DNA of 64,000 bases, from the NCBI GenBank assembly GCA_965602015.1, contig OZ271918.1, positions 1,344,001 to 1,408,000 on the forward strand, given 5' to 3'. The notes beneath the pieces are model-generated. The model was given only the letters and a program-made list of their open reading frames with translations. It ran no database searches and had not been told where the DNA came from. The DNA comes from Salinispira sp. (GTDB taxonomy: Bacteria > Spirochaetota > Spirochaetia > DSM-27196 > Salinispiraceae). Below, piece by piece: positions 26,844 to 35,748 of the stretch (the first letter of the stretch is position 1; every line of letters starts with the position of its first letter). The translations under genes were made by a program, and so were the position numbers.

Positions 26844-27974
26844 AGAATCCTGCGGCTTGCCGTCCCGCAGCATGGTGGCCGAGACCAGCAAGCCCGGACG
26901 GAATACCGTTGTGCGATTGCGACCGGCGTTTTTACTTTGATACAGGGCGCTGTCCGCCTGCTCGATGAGCTTCTCACCGCTGACCTGGTTAAGGGGATGA
27001 ATGGCAGCGCAGCCCATGCTTGCGGTTACCGAGAGCACCTGGCCCTGGTAGGTGATTTTCTGTTCACTAATGCTGAGTCGCAATCTCTCGGCGATGAGCC
27101 AGGTTTGCTGCCGATTGGTGAGCGGCAGAAGAACGGTGAACTCCTCACCGCCGAATCGGGCGGCAATATCGCTTCTGCGCAGGGAATGGCTCAATACCCC
27201 GGCAATCCGTTTGATAACCAGGTCGCCTGCAAGATGACCGTAGCTGTCGTTGAAATTCTTGAAATTATCGATATCGAGCACAATCAACCCCGCGCCATGG
27301 TCATATTCCCTGGCGACGGCAATTTCCTCATTGAGCCGTTTCATAAAAAAAATGTGGTTGTATAGATGAGTTTTTGCGTCAGTCACCGCACTGAGATAAT
27401 GGATGTTGTTCTGAATCGAAATTGACGTGAAATTCATCAGCCGGTCGAGATAATGAATTTCCTCATCACTGTAATGTGGCTCGAGGATTTTCCGGCTTAC
27501 GAGAATTATTCCGTAGAGCCCGTTTAGTCCCACGATGGGAACAACGATTTCCGGATTGAACAGCTTGAGCTTCTCGGAAATATCCGGTCTTTCAAATTTG
27601 AACTCGAAGAGTTCGAAATGGATTGTTCTCGGGTACTTAATAAAGAATTCTTCAAAGGGTTCCAGACTGGTTAATTGAAGGTCGAAATCATGGCGCCTGA
27701 GATTCTGGAAGCCGTAATACTGAACCTGACGGTTTCGGTCCTGGAGGATAAAGACCAGCTTGCCGGGAATGAACTTGTTGGAGATGCAATCAACGACGTA
27801 TTCCAGAAGACCTTCCAGGCTGGTTTTGGAGAACACCTCCGTGGCCTGTTGCAGCAGCTCTTCCAGTTCCGCCACCCGCTTTTGCTGGTTGTCTATTTCC
27901 TGAAAGACACCGATATCCTGGAGAAGATTGTAATGCTCTATTATTTTCGGATTGTTGGCGAACTCAGGTACCAT
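26664..27974 (-). CDS. Diguanylate cyclase (GAF-like + GGDEF)
   Basis: LDIDNFK..NDSYGHLAGD, RRSD (I-site), RFGGEEF, ADSALY.SK..GRN. Confidence 0.9.
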   Translation of the reverse strand: MVPEFANNPKIIEHYNLLQDIGVFQEIDNQQKRVAELEELLQQATEVFSKTSLEGLLEYVVDCISNKFIPGKLVFILQDRNRQVQYYGFQNLRRHDFDLQLTSLEPFEEFFIKYPRTIHFELFEFKFERPDISEKLKLFNPEIVVPIVGLNGLYGIILVSRKILEPHYSDEEIHYLDRLMNFTSISIQNNIHYLSAVTDAKTHLYNHIFFMKRLNEEIAVAREYDHGAGLIVLDIDNFKNFNDSYGHLAGDLVIKRIAGVLSHSLRRSDIAARFGGEEFTVLLPLTNRQQTWLIAERLRLSISEQKITYQGQVLSVTASMGCAAIHPLNQVSGEKLIEQADSALYQSKNAGRNRTTVFRPGLLVSATMLRDGKPQDSSPIDEDAPAPVLDDRTRREDSPVHGDVDPSGEQLDGGDGSSQVEQGIRASYGIWDHCPG

Positions 27975-27982
27975 AATCCCGT

Positions 27983-28474
27983 TTAATGATCGTGTTGATG
28001 GCCGTGTTCATCGTGCACATGACCATGATCAAGTTCCTCTTTGGTCGCATCCCAAATGTCCAAGACGCTGGCCTTGAAATGAATGTCGGTTCCCGCCAGC
28101 GGGTGGTTGGCATTAATGGTAACCTCACCACCGCTGATCTTCTCAATTCTGCAATATCTCAGTTCACCGTGAATTTCCGCTTCGAACTCCAGCTCTTCCT
28201 GAAGGTCGTCATCGGAAATATTCATATCCTTCCGGTTCACCGTAAAAATCAGTTCGGGGTCGTATTCTCCGAAGGCATCGGCGGCGGAAACTGTGGTGTC
28301 TACAGAATCGCCGACGCTTTTACCCTCGAGGCTCTTTTCCAGACCCGGGGCAAGAAATTCCGTCCCGTGTATGTAGGGAAGGTTTCCATTCTCATCCGAA
28401 CTATCGAGCAGTTCTCCGTCGGTCTTGGAAAGCTCGTATGAAATGGTAACTACTTTGTTTTTCTCAATTTTCAT
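27983..28474 (-). CDS. slyD: FKBP-type peptidyl-prolyl isomerase SlyD
   Basis: NHPLAG, ATKEELDHGHVH, His-rich tail. Confidence 0.9.
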   Translation of the reverse strand: MKIEKNKVVTISYELSKTDGELLDSSDENGNLPYIHGTEFLAPGLEKSLEGKSVGDSVDTTVSAADAFGEYDPELIFTVNRKDMNISDDDLQEELEFEAEIHGELRYCRIEKISGGEVTINANHPLAGTDIHFKASVLDIWDATKEELDHGHVHDEHGHQHDH

Positions 28475-30720
28475 GTATCACCGCCTGCTGCAGTAAACGT
28501 GGCAAGCCACTGTTCAAATTCTTCGGGGGGGAGGGGTTTGCTGAAATAAAAACCTTGTACATCGCGGCAGCCCAGCTTCCTGATAAAATCAAGTTGGCCG
28601 GGAGTTTCAATTCCCTCCGCAATTGTCAGCAGCCCCAGGTTATTGGCCATGCTGACGATCAGTCCGCTGATTGTTCGAGCTTTCTCATCGCTCTCAAGAT
28701 TCATAACGAAGGACCTATCCACCTTGAGGCGCTGAATCGGCAATCTCAGAAGATAGGCGAGAGAAGAATATCCGGTGCCGAAATCATCTATCGATATGGC
28801 GAATCCGATTTCCTTTATTTCCTCGAGCAGATGAATGACCGACTCCACCTCATTCATGAGGGTGCTTTCGGTAATTTCCAGTTCGAAATGCTCTGCGCTG
28901 ATTTCCTCTTCCCGGAGTATTTGCTTAAAACTGCTGATAAAGTCGGGATCCATAAACTGCCGAACCGATACATTTATTGCAATTTTGAAATCAAGCAGAC
29001 CCTGTTTTTTCCATTCCCGGGCCTGCCTGCAGCTTTTCCTGAAAATCTCCTTCCCGATATCGATAATCAATCCGGTGGATTCGGCCACCGGAATAAAATG
29101 CGTCGGCGGAACCAGGGTTCCGTCGTTTTTGACCCATCTAACCAGCGATTCGACACCGCTTATTTTGTTGCTCTGAATGTCCACCTGCGGCTGATAGTAT
29201 ATAACAAACTCATCCCGGCTCAGCGCCGGATGAAGATCTTTGGTGATTTCGAGGCGGGTTTCCGCCGAACGGGCCATTTCGTCGGAGTAATACTCCCAGT
29301 GACCGCTGTGGGAGTCTTTGGCGATTTTCATCGCCATGTCCGCATTTTTTAATAGCTCGAGAGCCTCCAACCCGCCGCGTTCAAGGCGGGTGAGGCCGAT
29401 GGTAGCCGAAATGGGAAAGGGGGTGTTTTTAATGACAAAGGGCCGGTTGAACGGCGCCAGCAATTGGCTGGGATGCATATTCTCTTCGGGGCCGAGAATG
29501 CCGAAGGTGTCGCCACCGATGCGGGCGATGGTATATTCGGCGGGCAGGGAATTGGCCAGCCGGTCTGCGATGGCCTGAATGAGAAGGTCGCCGTTTTTGT
29601 GGCCCAGGGCATTGTTGACGGCGGAAAAATTATCCACATCGAGGACGGCCAGGAAAAAAGTTTTCCCGTCGGTCTTTAGTGCGTTGATATCGAGCAAAAA
29701 TCGGGTTCTGTTCGGTAGGCGGCACAGTTGATCGAAATAGGCGTACTGGTTCAATTGTGAAATCAGATTGATATTGTTGAAGCCGATCCCTATGCTTACC
29801 GCGAAAATATCCAGCAGGTTGCGTGAAAGGTCATCGAGTTCCTTGAAGGTTTCGATGACAAGGCAGCCGTCCCGTCCGTCGTTGCCGGCGATATACTGAT
29901 AGTACAATCCGTCCCGAAACAGGCTCATTTTGCCGCTGAGACATTCTTTAATGCTGGCCAGGAGTTTTTCATCGGGCAGCTCGTCTGCGGAAAGGTCCGC
30001 AAGTCCTTCGAAGCTGCCGACTGCGCCGTTTGAGTACAGGTTTTTCCGGGATCCGCCGCCTCCAACGGAACGCATTTCCATCAGCAGCAGGGCGTTCGGC
30101 GATTCGATGCCCAAAAGCTGTGCGCTGTGATTCAGAACGTCGAGAGAATAGCGGTCGCTGTCCGGCGAATTAAATATCGCGTTGGTGGCGTCGACAATTT
30201 TACGCATGCCCAGTTCGCCGCGCTGGATGGCGTGGACTTGCTGGTAGCTGCGAATCGCCGTGGTCAAGGCGGTAACAAGTCTGGTCCGGGTAAGTTCGGA
30301 CTTCATGCGGTAATCGTTTATGTCGTAATTTTGAATGACTTCCAGCTCCGGGGCATAGCCGGGCTGTCCGGTACGGAGGATAATGCGGGGCGCTTCGAGC
30401 TTTAATTCGGTTCTTATGACCTTTGCCAGTTCAAGCCCCGAATCATCCCGCTCCATAACGACATCCAGCAGGATGACCGCCACGTCCCGTTCAGTTTCCA
30501 GCAAGGCCTTTGCCTCTGCCGCCGAGTACGCGTGAAGAAAGGTGAGGGGGGCGTCGAGAATTTTTATATCTGACAGAGCCAGGGAGGTTACTTTGTGAAC
30601 CTGTTCGTCATCGTCGACGACCAGAACCTTCCATGGTTCTTCGCTATCAGTTCCCGGATGATCATCGGTTTCCGAGCGAAATACCAGAAGATCATCAGTG
30701 GGTGCCGCATTTGCTGCCAA
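28471..30720 (-). CDS. REC-DUF3369-like-GGDEF(degenerate)-EAL c-di-GMP phosphodiesterase
   Basis: VLVVDDD, LLDVVME, IILRTGQPG; GGDTF; ESLVR, DDFGTGYSSL, EGIET. Confidence 0.9.
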   Translation of the reverse strand: MAANAAPTDDLLVFRSETDDHPGTDSEEPWKVLVVDDDEQVHKVTSLALSDIKILDAPLTFLHAYSAAEAKALLETERDVAVILLDVVMERDDSGLELAKVIRTELKLEAPRIILRTGQPGYAPELEVIQNYDINDYRMKSELTRTRLVTALTTAIRSYQQVHAIQRGELGMRKIVDATNAIFNSPDSDRYSLDVLNHSAQLLGIESPNALLLMEMRSVGGGGSRKNLYSNGAVGSFEGLADLSADELPDEKLLASIKECLSGKMSLFRDGLYYQYIAGNDGRDGCLVIETFKELDDLSRNLLDIFAVSIGIGFNNINLISQLNQYAYFDQLCRLPNRTRFLLDINALKTDGKTFFLAVLDVDNFSAVNNALGHKNGDLLIQAIADRLANSLPAEYTIARIGGDTFGILGPEENMHPSQLLAPFNRPFVIKNTPFPISATIGLTRLERGGLEALELLKNADMAMKIAKDSHSGHWEYYSDEMARSAETRLEITKDLHPALSRDEFVIYYQPQVDIQSNKISGVESLVRWVKNDGTLVPPTHFIPVAESTGLIIDIGKEIFRKSCRQAREWKKQGLLDFKIAINVSVRQFMDPDFISSFKQILREEEISAEHFELEITESTLMNEVESVIHLLEEIKEIGFAISIDDFGTGYSSLAYLLRLPIQRLKVDRSFVMNLESDEKARTISGLIVSMANNLGLLTIAEGIETPGQLDFIRKLGCRDVQGFYFSKPLPPEEFEQWLATFTAAGGDT

Positions 30721-30813
30721 AAGGCATCCTCCTTGATGTAGAAAATCAGCTCGTCACTCGTTTTAAGTCTAAATCATAATCCGCGGTTTTACTATTCACA
30801 CGGGGTATTTTCT

Positions 30814-31344
30814 TTATTCCTTGTCGGGAGTTATCTCGGCAAGCAGGGCATCGATGTCATCCTGACGGGCGTCATCCTTGCGCTCGTAGGCTAATTCGGC
30901 GTTCACGCCCCTCAGCTTGCTCAAGAGGCCGAAGATGATCATGAACATGAACTTTACCGCTGCCTTTGGGCGCTTGTTTATGCTTTTGAGAAATCCGCTG
31001 CGGGTTATCTGGATGAGCTTCACCTCATCCTGCGCGACGATGCTTGCCGTGCGCTCGGTGTTGCTGAAAAGCCCCGCCTCGCCGAAAATTTCCCCTGGCC
31101 CCAAGGACGCGATGTACACAGAGCGGCCGTCATTTTCCACCTCGACGGAGACCGTCCCGCCGACAAGAAGATACATGTTTTGGTCTATCTCCCCTTCTGC
31201 GATAATGGATTCAGTGGGCGAGAATTCATACACCGATGCGAATTCGACGATGGCATCGAGTTCTTCTTCCACAAGGTGGGTGCCCAATGGTGATTCGGCA
31301 ATGGCTTTGTGAATGGTTTCTAACGGAAGCTCAATCTTTTTCAT
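30814..31344 (-). CDS. Cyclic nucleotide-binding domain protein
   Basis: GPGEIFGE.GL....RTASI. Confidence 0.85.
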   Translation of the reverse strand: MKKIELPLETIHKAIAESPLGTHLVEEELDAIVEFASVYEFSPTESIIAEGEIDQNMYLLVGGTVSVEVENDGRSVYIASLGPGEIFGEAGLFSNTERTASIVAQDEVKLIQITRSGFLKSINKRPKAAVKFMFMIIFGLLSKLRGVNAELAYERKDDARQDDIDALLAEITPDKE

Positions 31345-31368
31345 ATGCCCAGTATAATGGCGAGGCGT

Positions 31369-32628
31369 TTAAATTTCATCTTTTAGATCAATTTTCTGTA
31401 TATCTTTTCCGGTTTCCGCCCCGAGTTCCTTCAGGGCACGTACTCGATTGATGAGGTTTCCCCTGCCGCTGCTCAGTTTTCGGCCGGCGCTTTGCCAGGC
31501 TTCCCGGGCCTCGGCCAATTTGTCTCCGATTTTCTGAACATCGGCGGCAAAGCCGGCGAATTTATCGTGGAGGGCTCCGGCCTTTTCGGCGATTTCCCGG
31601 GCGTTGCGCTGCTGACGGTCCCCTTTCCACATCTGTTCGACGATGCGCAGCGAAAGATACAGACTCGCCGGCCCCACCATGAGGATTTTCCTATCCATCG
31701 CAGTTTGGAACAGAGTCGGATCCGATTGCTGGGCGGTACTCAGTGCACCCTCTACCGGAACGAACATCAGAACAAAATCCGGTGCCTGCAGGCCGTCCAA
31801 ACGATCATACTCCTTGGCCGAAAGCTCGTTGACGTGCTGCCTGAGGCTCACCAGGTGCTTTTTGAGATGGGCCTGCCGCTCATCTTCGGTCAAAGCGTTG
31901 TGGGCCCGTTCATATGAAAGCATGCTCACCTTCGAATCAATGATGATATTTCGTCCCTCGGGCAGGTAGAGTACCGCATCCGGGCGGTACCGCCGGCCGT
32001 CACCGGCCTTGAACTCCTGCTGCAGCCGGTATTCCCTGCCGGCCTCAAGGCCTGAGCTTTCCAGGACCCTGCTGAGAATCAGTTCGCCCCAGGTGCCCAT
32101 TGTTTTGTTGCTGCCCTTGAGTGCATCGGTGAGATTTCGCGCATCGTCGCTCATTTGCCGGTTCAGCTCCATCAGCTGCTCAAGTTCCTTTTTAAGGAAG
32201 CCCCGGTCCTGGGCGTCTTTTGCGCGGTAGTCCTGCATTTGCCGGGAAAAGCCCTGGATGGTGTCCTGAAGCGGTTTGAGCAGCTGGTTGATTTGACGGG
32301 AGCTGTCCTGGGAAAACTGACGCTGCCGGTTTTCCATCATGCTGCCGGCAGACGCCTTGAAATCGCTGAGCAGCTGATTTCTCGCATCCTGCAGTATTTC
32401 CAGTTGGCGCTGATGATGTTCCCTGTCGGCTTCAATCCGGCTTTCCAGCTTTGCCTGGCTTGCCCGGCTATCAATGAGTGACTGGCGAAGTTCACGCAGT
32501 TCGCCTTCATGTGCTCCGTTTTTGCCCTGACCGACACGTTTTACTATGGCGATGCCCAATAACAGGCCGATGAGGATGCCGAAAAAAAATGCCGCCGCAA
32601 TAAGGGCGTAGCCAATGCTGATTTCCAT
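31369..32628 (-). CDS. rmuC: DNA recombination protein RmuC
   Basis: GTWGE..L..VLE.SGL, RPD...LP, IIDSK, DFVLMFVP.E. Confidence 0.92.
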   Translation of the reverse strand: MEISIGYALIAAAFFFGILIGLLLGIAIVKRVGQGKNGAHEGELRELRQSLIDSRASQAKLESRIEADREHHQRQLEILQDARNQLLSDFKASAGSMMENRQRQFSQDSSRQINQLLKPLQDTIQGFSRQMQDYRAKDAQDRGFLKKELEQLMELNRQMSDDARNLTDALKGSNKTMGTWGELILSRVLESSGLEAGREYRLQQEFKAGDGRRYRPDAVLYLPEGRNIIIDSKVSMLSYERAHNALTEDERQAHLKKHLVSLRQHVNELSAKEYDRLDGLQAPDFVLMFVPVEGALSTAQQSDPTLFQTAMDRKILMVGPASLYLSLRIVEQMWKGDRQQRNAREIAEKAGALHDKFAGFAADVQKIGDKLAEAREAWQSAGRKLSSGRGNLINRVRALKELGAETGKDIQKIDLKDEI

Positions 32629-32696
32629 GTATTCTCCGTGATGCTTATGCGCGACCAACGTGATGGTTCTGCGCGGCTACACGCTTGCCGAATGTT

Positions 32697-33767
32697 TTAG
32701 CGCCAGGCCCGGGCGTACTGAATCGGAATGGGCAACTCGGCTCCAAGTTCCCTGGCGGCATGCTGGGGCCAGTAAGGATTGCGCAGAAGTTCGCGGCCCA
32801 AGGCGACCAGTTTCGCTTTTCCGGTGGTAAGTATTTCTTCTGCATGACGGGGGTCGGTAATCATTCCGACGGCGGCGCATGATATTCCGCTTTCTTTTTG
32901 AATCGCTTCGCTCAACGATACCTGGTAGTGCCTGGATGACGACGAAGGTTTGCCGCTGGGGGAAATGCCTCCGCTGGAAACATGAATTACATCAACCGGC
33001 AGATTCTTAAGTCTGCGGGCCAATTCAATGCTCTGACCTAAATCCCATCCGCCGTCCATCCAGTCGTCTGCAGAGATTCGAATAAACAACGCTGCCTGAT
33101 CCGAGCAGACCGCCCTCAGCTCCCCGGCGATTTCCATAAGGAAGCGCGTTCTGCCGTCAAAATCTCCGCCGTACTCGTCGGTACGCTGATTCGAAAGGGG
33201 AGACAGGAAGGAATGGATGAGGTAGCCATGGGCGCTGTGAAGCTCGATTACCCTATAACCGGCGCCGATAGCCCGGCGGGCCGCAAGAATGAATGACTCC
33301 TGAATTTCCTGAATGTCATCGATGCTTAATTCCGCCGGGTGAGGGTAGCTCTCCGAATAGGGGATCGGACTTGGGGCCACCACCTGCCAGCCCCCGTTGT
33401 TCTTTTCCAGGGGGCCGAAGCCGTCGAAGGGTCGGGATGTGCTTGCCTTCCTGCCGGCATGGGCAAGCTGGATTCCCGCTACAGCGCCGCCTGCGGTTAT
33501 CGACTCAGCCAGGTTCTGTAAGCCGGGAATGTGAGCGTCTTTCCATATTCCCAGGTCGTTAGGGGAGATTCTGCCCCGCTCTTCTACGGCGCTCGCCTCG
33601 AGTATGATCAGCGAAGCTCCGCCGTAAGCCCGAGCGGCATAGTGCTGAAGATGCCAGGGCGCAACAAAACCGTCCTGACTTGAGTATTGGCACATGGGGG
33701 CCATAACTATGCGGTTCTTGAGTCTCACCGGACCAGCGTCATAGGGACTGAAAAGCATTGATTTCAT
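32697..33767 (-). CDS. namA: NADH:flavin oxidoreductase / old yellow enzyme (YqjM/NamA-like)
   Basis: NRIVMAPMCQYS, QLAHAGRKAS, HSAHGYL, NQRTDEYGG, GRELLRNPYW. Confidence 0.88.
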   Translation of the reverse strand: MKSMLFSPYDAGPVRLKNRIVMAPMCQYSSQDGFVAPWHLQHYAARAYGGASLIILEASAVEERGRISPNDLGIWKDAHIPGLQNLAESITAGGAVAGIQLAHAGRKASTSRPFDGFGPLEKNNGGWQVVAPSPIPYSESYPHPAELSIDDIQEIQESFILAARRAIGAGYRVIELHSAHGYLIHSFLSPLSNQRTDEYGGDFDGRTRFLMEIAGELRAVCSDQAALFIRISADDWMDGGWDLGQSIELARRLKNLPVDVIHVSSGGISPSGKPSSSSRHYQVSLSEAIQKESGISCAAVGMITDPRHAEEILTTGKAKLVALGRELLRNPYWPQHAARELGAELPIPIQYARAWR

Positions 33768-33895
33768 GGTAAACCTCCGCCGCGTCAGAATAGAGTGCAG
33801 GCAGGCTGGGTGCCCAACCCTGCATTAATAATTCTACTCCATCACCGGGATTATTACATGAGCCATGGGCTCATGGGAAATACCAGGGCAAAAAA

Positions 33896-33925
33896 AAACC
33901 GGTGAAGAAGAATCTTCACCGGTTT
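33896..33925 (-). terminator. Terminator after tRNA-Gly
   Basis: AAACCGGTGAAGA-loop-TCTTCACCGGTTT followed by a T run on the minus strand. Confidence 0.85.
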
Positions 33926-33930
33926 CAAAT

Positions 33931-34002
33931 AGCGACCGATCGGAATCGAACCGACATCATCAGCTTGGAAGGCTGAGGTAATAACCATTATACGACGGTC
34001 GC
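33931..34002 (-). tRNA. tRNA-Gly (TCC)
   Basis: GCGACCG/CGGTCGC acceptor; TCAGC-CTTCCAA-GCTGA anticodon arm; GGTTCGATTCC. Confidence 0.95.
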
Positions 34003-34110
34003 ATAGAGGAGCTATTTCTATCGCAGATCCGTCGGTACTGTCAATAACCTTCGGGAAAAATCCTCAGCACATCGATTGTACACATAGATCATTTCGCGTA
34101 TATTCGTCTC

Positions 34111-34539
34111 ATGGCATCCCGTGGCGAAATATATTCAACCAGAACCGACTCAGAACGCAGGACGTATTTTTTCAACGTCAAGGAAAACCGACGGGGAGAT
34201 GTGTTTCTCAACATCGTCGAAAGCAGCAAGAAAGACGACGGGGAGAATTTCGAGCGGCATCAGATCATGGTGTATGAGGAAGATCTCGCCAGCTTCATGA
34301 CCGAGTTGAAAAAAGCCGCGGGCATCGCGCTCAAAGGCGATGAAATACGGAACCAGCAATCCGGTCCCAAGAAATTCCGGAAGAAGGTTCCCGCCACGGC
34401 GAAAACCGGCGCCAAGCCAAAACCGGCAGCCAAAAGCCCGCAAAAACCCGCAGTCGGCGATGGAAAAAACGCCACCAACCTCCAGCGCAAGAAAGTGAGC
34501 CTCAAACTCAAAAAAAAGCGCCAGGAAGAGTCGGATTAG
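34111..34539 (+). CDS. PUR-alpha-like (DUF3276) DNA/RNA-binding protein
   Basis: [22 protein letters not shown]..., Lys-rich tail. Confidence 0.85.
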   Translation: MASRGEIYSTRTDSERRTYFFNVKENRRGDVFLNIVESSKKDDGENFERHQIMVYEEDLASFMTELKKAAGIALKGDEIRNQQSGPKKFRKKVPATAKTGAKPKPAAKSPQKPAVGDGKNATNLQRKKVSLKLKKKRQEESD

Positions 34540-35147
34540 GATTTCTTCCAGCGGAAAGACATTCTTTGAATTGCGGACGGTCCGTGTCGCTCTATGGCTT
34601 CGCGGTGAAGGGCTGTGGGATAGCCTTTGTGCTTCGCAAAACCGTATTCCGGCTCCTGTTGTGCGTATTCGACCATCCAGGCATCCCGTTCCACCTTTGC
34701 CAGTATCGATGCGGCGGATATCGCCGGAATTTTTCCATCACCCTTAACGACCGCCTCCTGCCGATTAATAAGCCCGGCAATACCATCGCTGTATGTAGAC
34801 AGTGAAAAATCCGGCAGGAATTTCCCGTCGACCAGAATCTCCCAGCCTCCCTCTACGTGAAGGTGCCCAGAGCATTCATACAGCTCATCGACGGCCCGTA
34901 CCATGGCGAGCAGGCTGGCGAAGTGAATATTCATGCGGTCTATCTCATCCTGCCATACCCAGCCCAGACCATATGCCGGGGATTTCTTGCGTATTTCAAT
35001 GGAAAGCTCCTGGCGGCGCCGGGGGGAAAGGCTCTTGGAATCCGCCAATCCCGAAATTCCGCCGTCTCCCTCGAGAAGAACCGCAGAAGCGACAACGGGA
35101 CCCGCAATGGGGCCCCGGCCGACTTCGTCCAATCCACAAATCAGCAT
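34536..35147 (-). CDS. rnhB: Ribonuclease HII
   Basis: [37 protein letters not shown]. Confidence 0.95.
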   Translation of the reverse strand: MLICGLDEVGRGPIAGPVVASAVLLEGDGGISGLADSKSLSPRRRQELSIEIRKKSPAYGLGWVWQDEIDRMNIHFASLLAMVRAVDELYECSGHLHVEGGWEILVDGKFLPDFSLSTYSDGIAGLINRQEAVVKGDGKIPAISAASILAKVERDAWMVEYAQQEPEYGFAKHKGYPTALHREAIERHGPSAIQRMSFRWKKS

Positions 35148-35149
35148 AC

Positions 35150-35542
35150 TTAGCCGATGCTGATTGCTTTTTCCGATTCCCAGAGCCCGTGGATATTGCA
35201 ATAGCTCAAGGCGTGAATGGTACCGGATTTTTTTAATTTCACATCAACGCTTACTGCCGGCTCGCTCAGGGCCGAGCCATCATTGGCTCCCGCGGCTGAC
35301 TCCGCGTGTGCAGTAAAACGCGCTTCAGCGAGCTGGACCATGAATTTTTCCCCTTCGGGTTTGAAAAAAACCTGGATCCATGAAATGTAGTGCTCGGTGG
35401 TGTTCGGGTGGGCAATTTCCTTGCCCACGCTGGCGGTGATGGTGAACCGTTCTTCCGCTTGTACCGAATCCGGGAACTCAAGGACCGGAGCGTGTTTTTC
35501 CGCTTTCCAGTCAGCACTCTGGATTCCGTTTGCAATAGCCAT
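35150..35542 (-). CDS. Superoxide reductase (neelaredoxin/class II)
   Basis: EKHAP, HPNTTEHYISWI, YCNIHGLWE. Confidence 0.9.
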   Translation of the reverse strand: MAIANGIQSADWKAEKHAPVLEFPDSVQAEERFTITASVGKEIAHPNTTEHYISWIQVFFKPEGEKFMVQLAEARFTAHAESAAGANDGSALSEPAVSVDVKLKKSGTIHALSYCNIHGLWESEKAISIG

Positions 35543-35748
35543 AAGGCCTCCTTAACCGGTCTTTTGGGTACCCTGCACCGGTTAGCAGTGGTTTTGTCTC
35601 GTCACGGGACGAGCTGGTATGCTACTATACTAACAGGTTAAGGCAGATCATGCGATCACAAGCTTGACGGCCGCCGCCATCGGGTGCTAATTTCCTGCTC
35701 CCGCGACGTATCAAATTAGAAAACATAACTAATAAGAGAGCAATATCG

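Noticed and set aside
33857..33875. Palindrome CATGAGCC-atg-GGCTCATG upstream of the oxidoreductase
   Set aside because: Possible operator, but it is a single short instance with no adjacent regulator, which is insufficient support.
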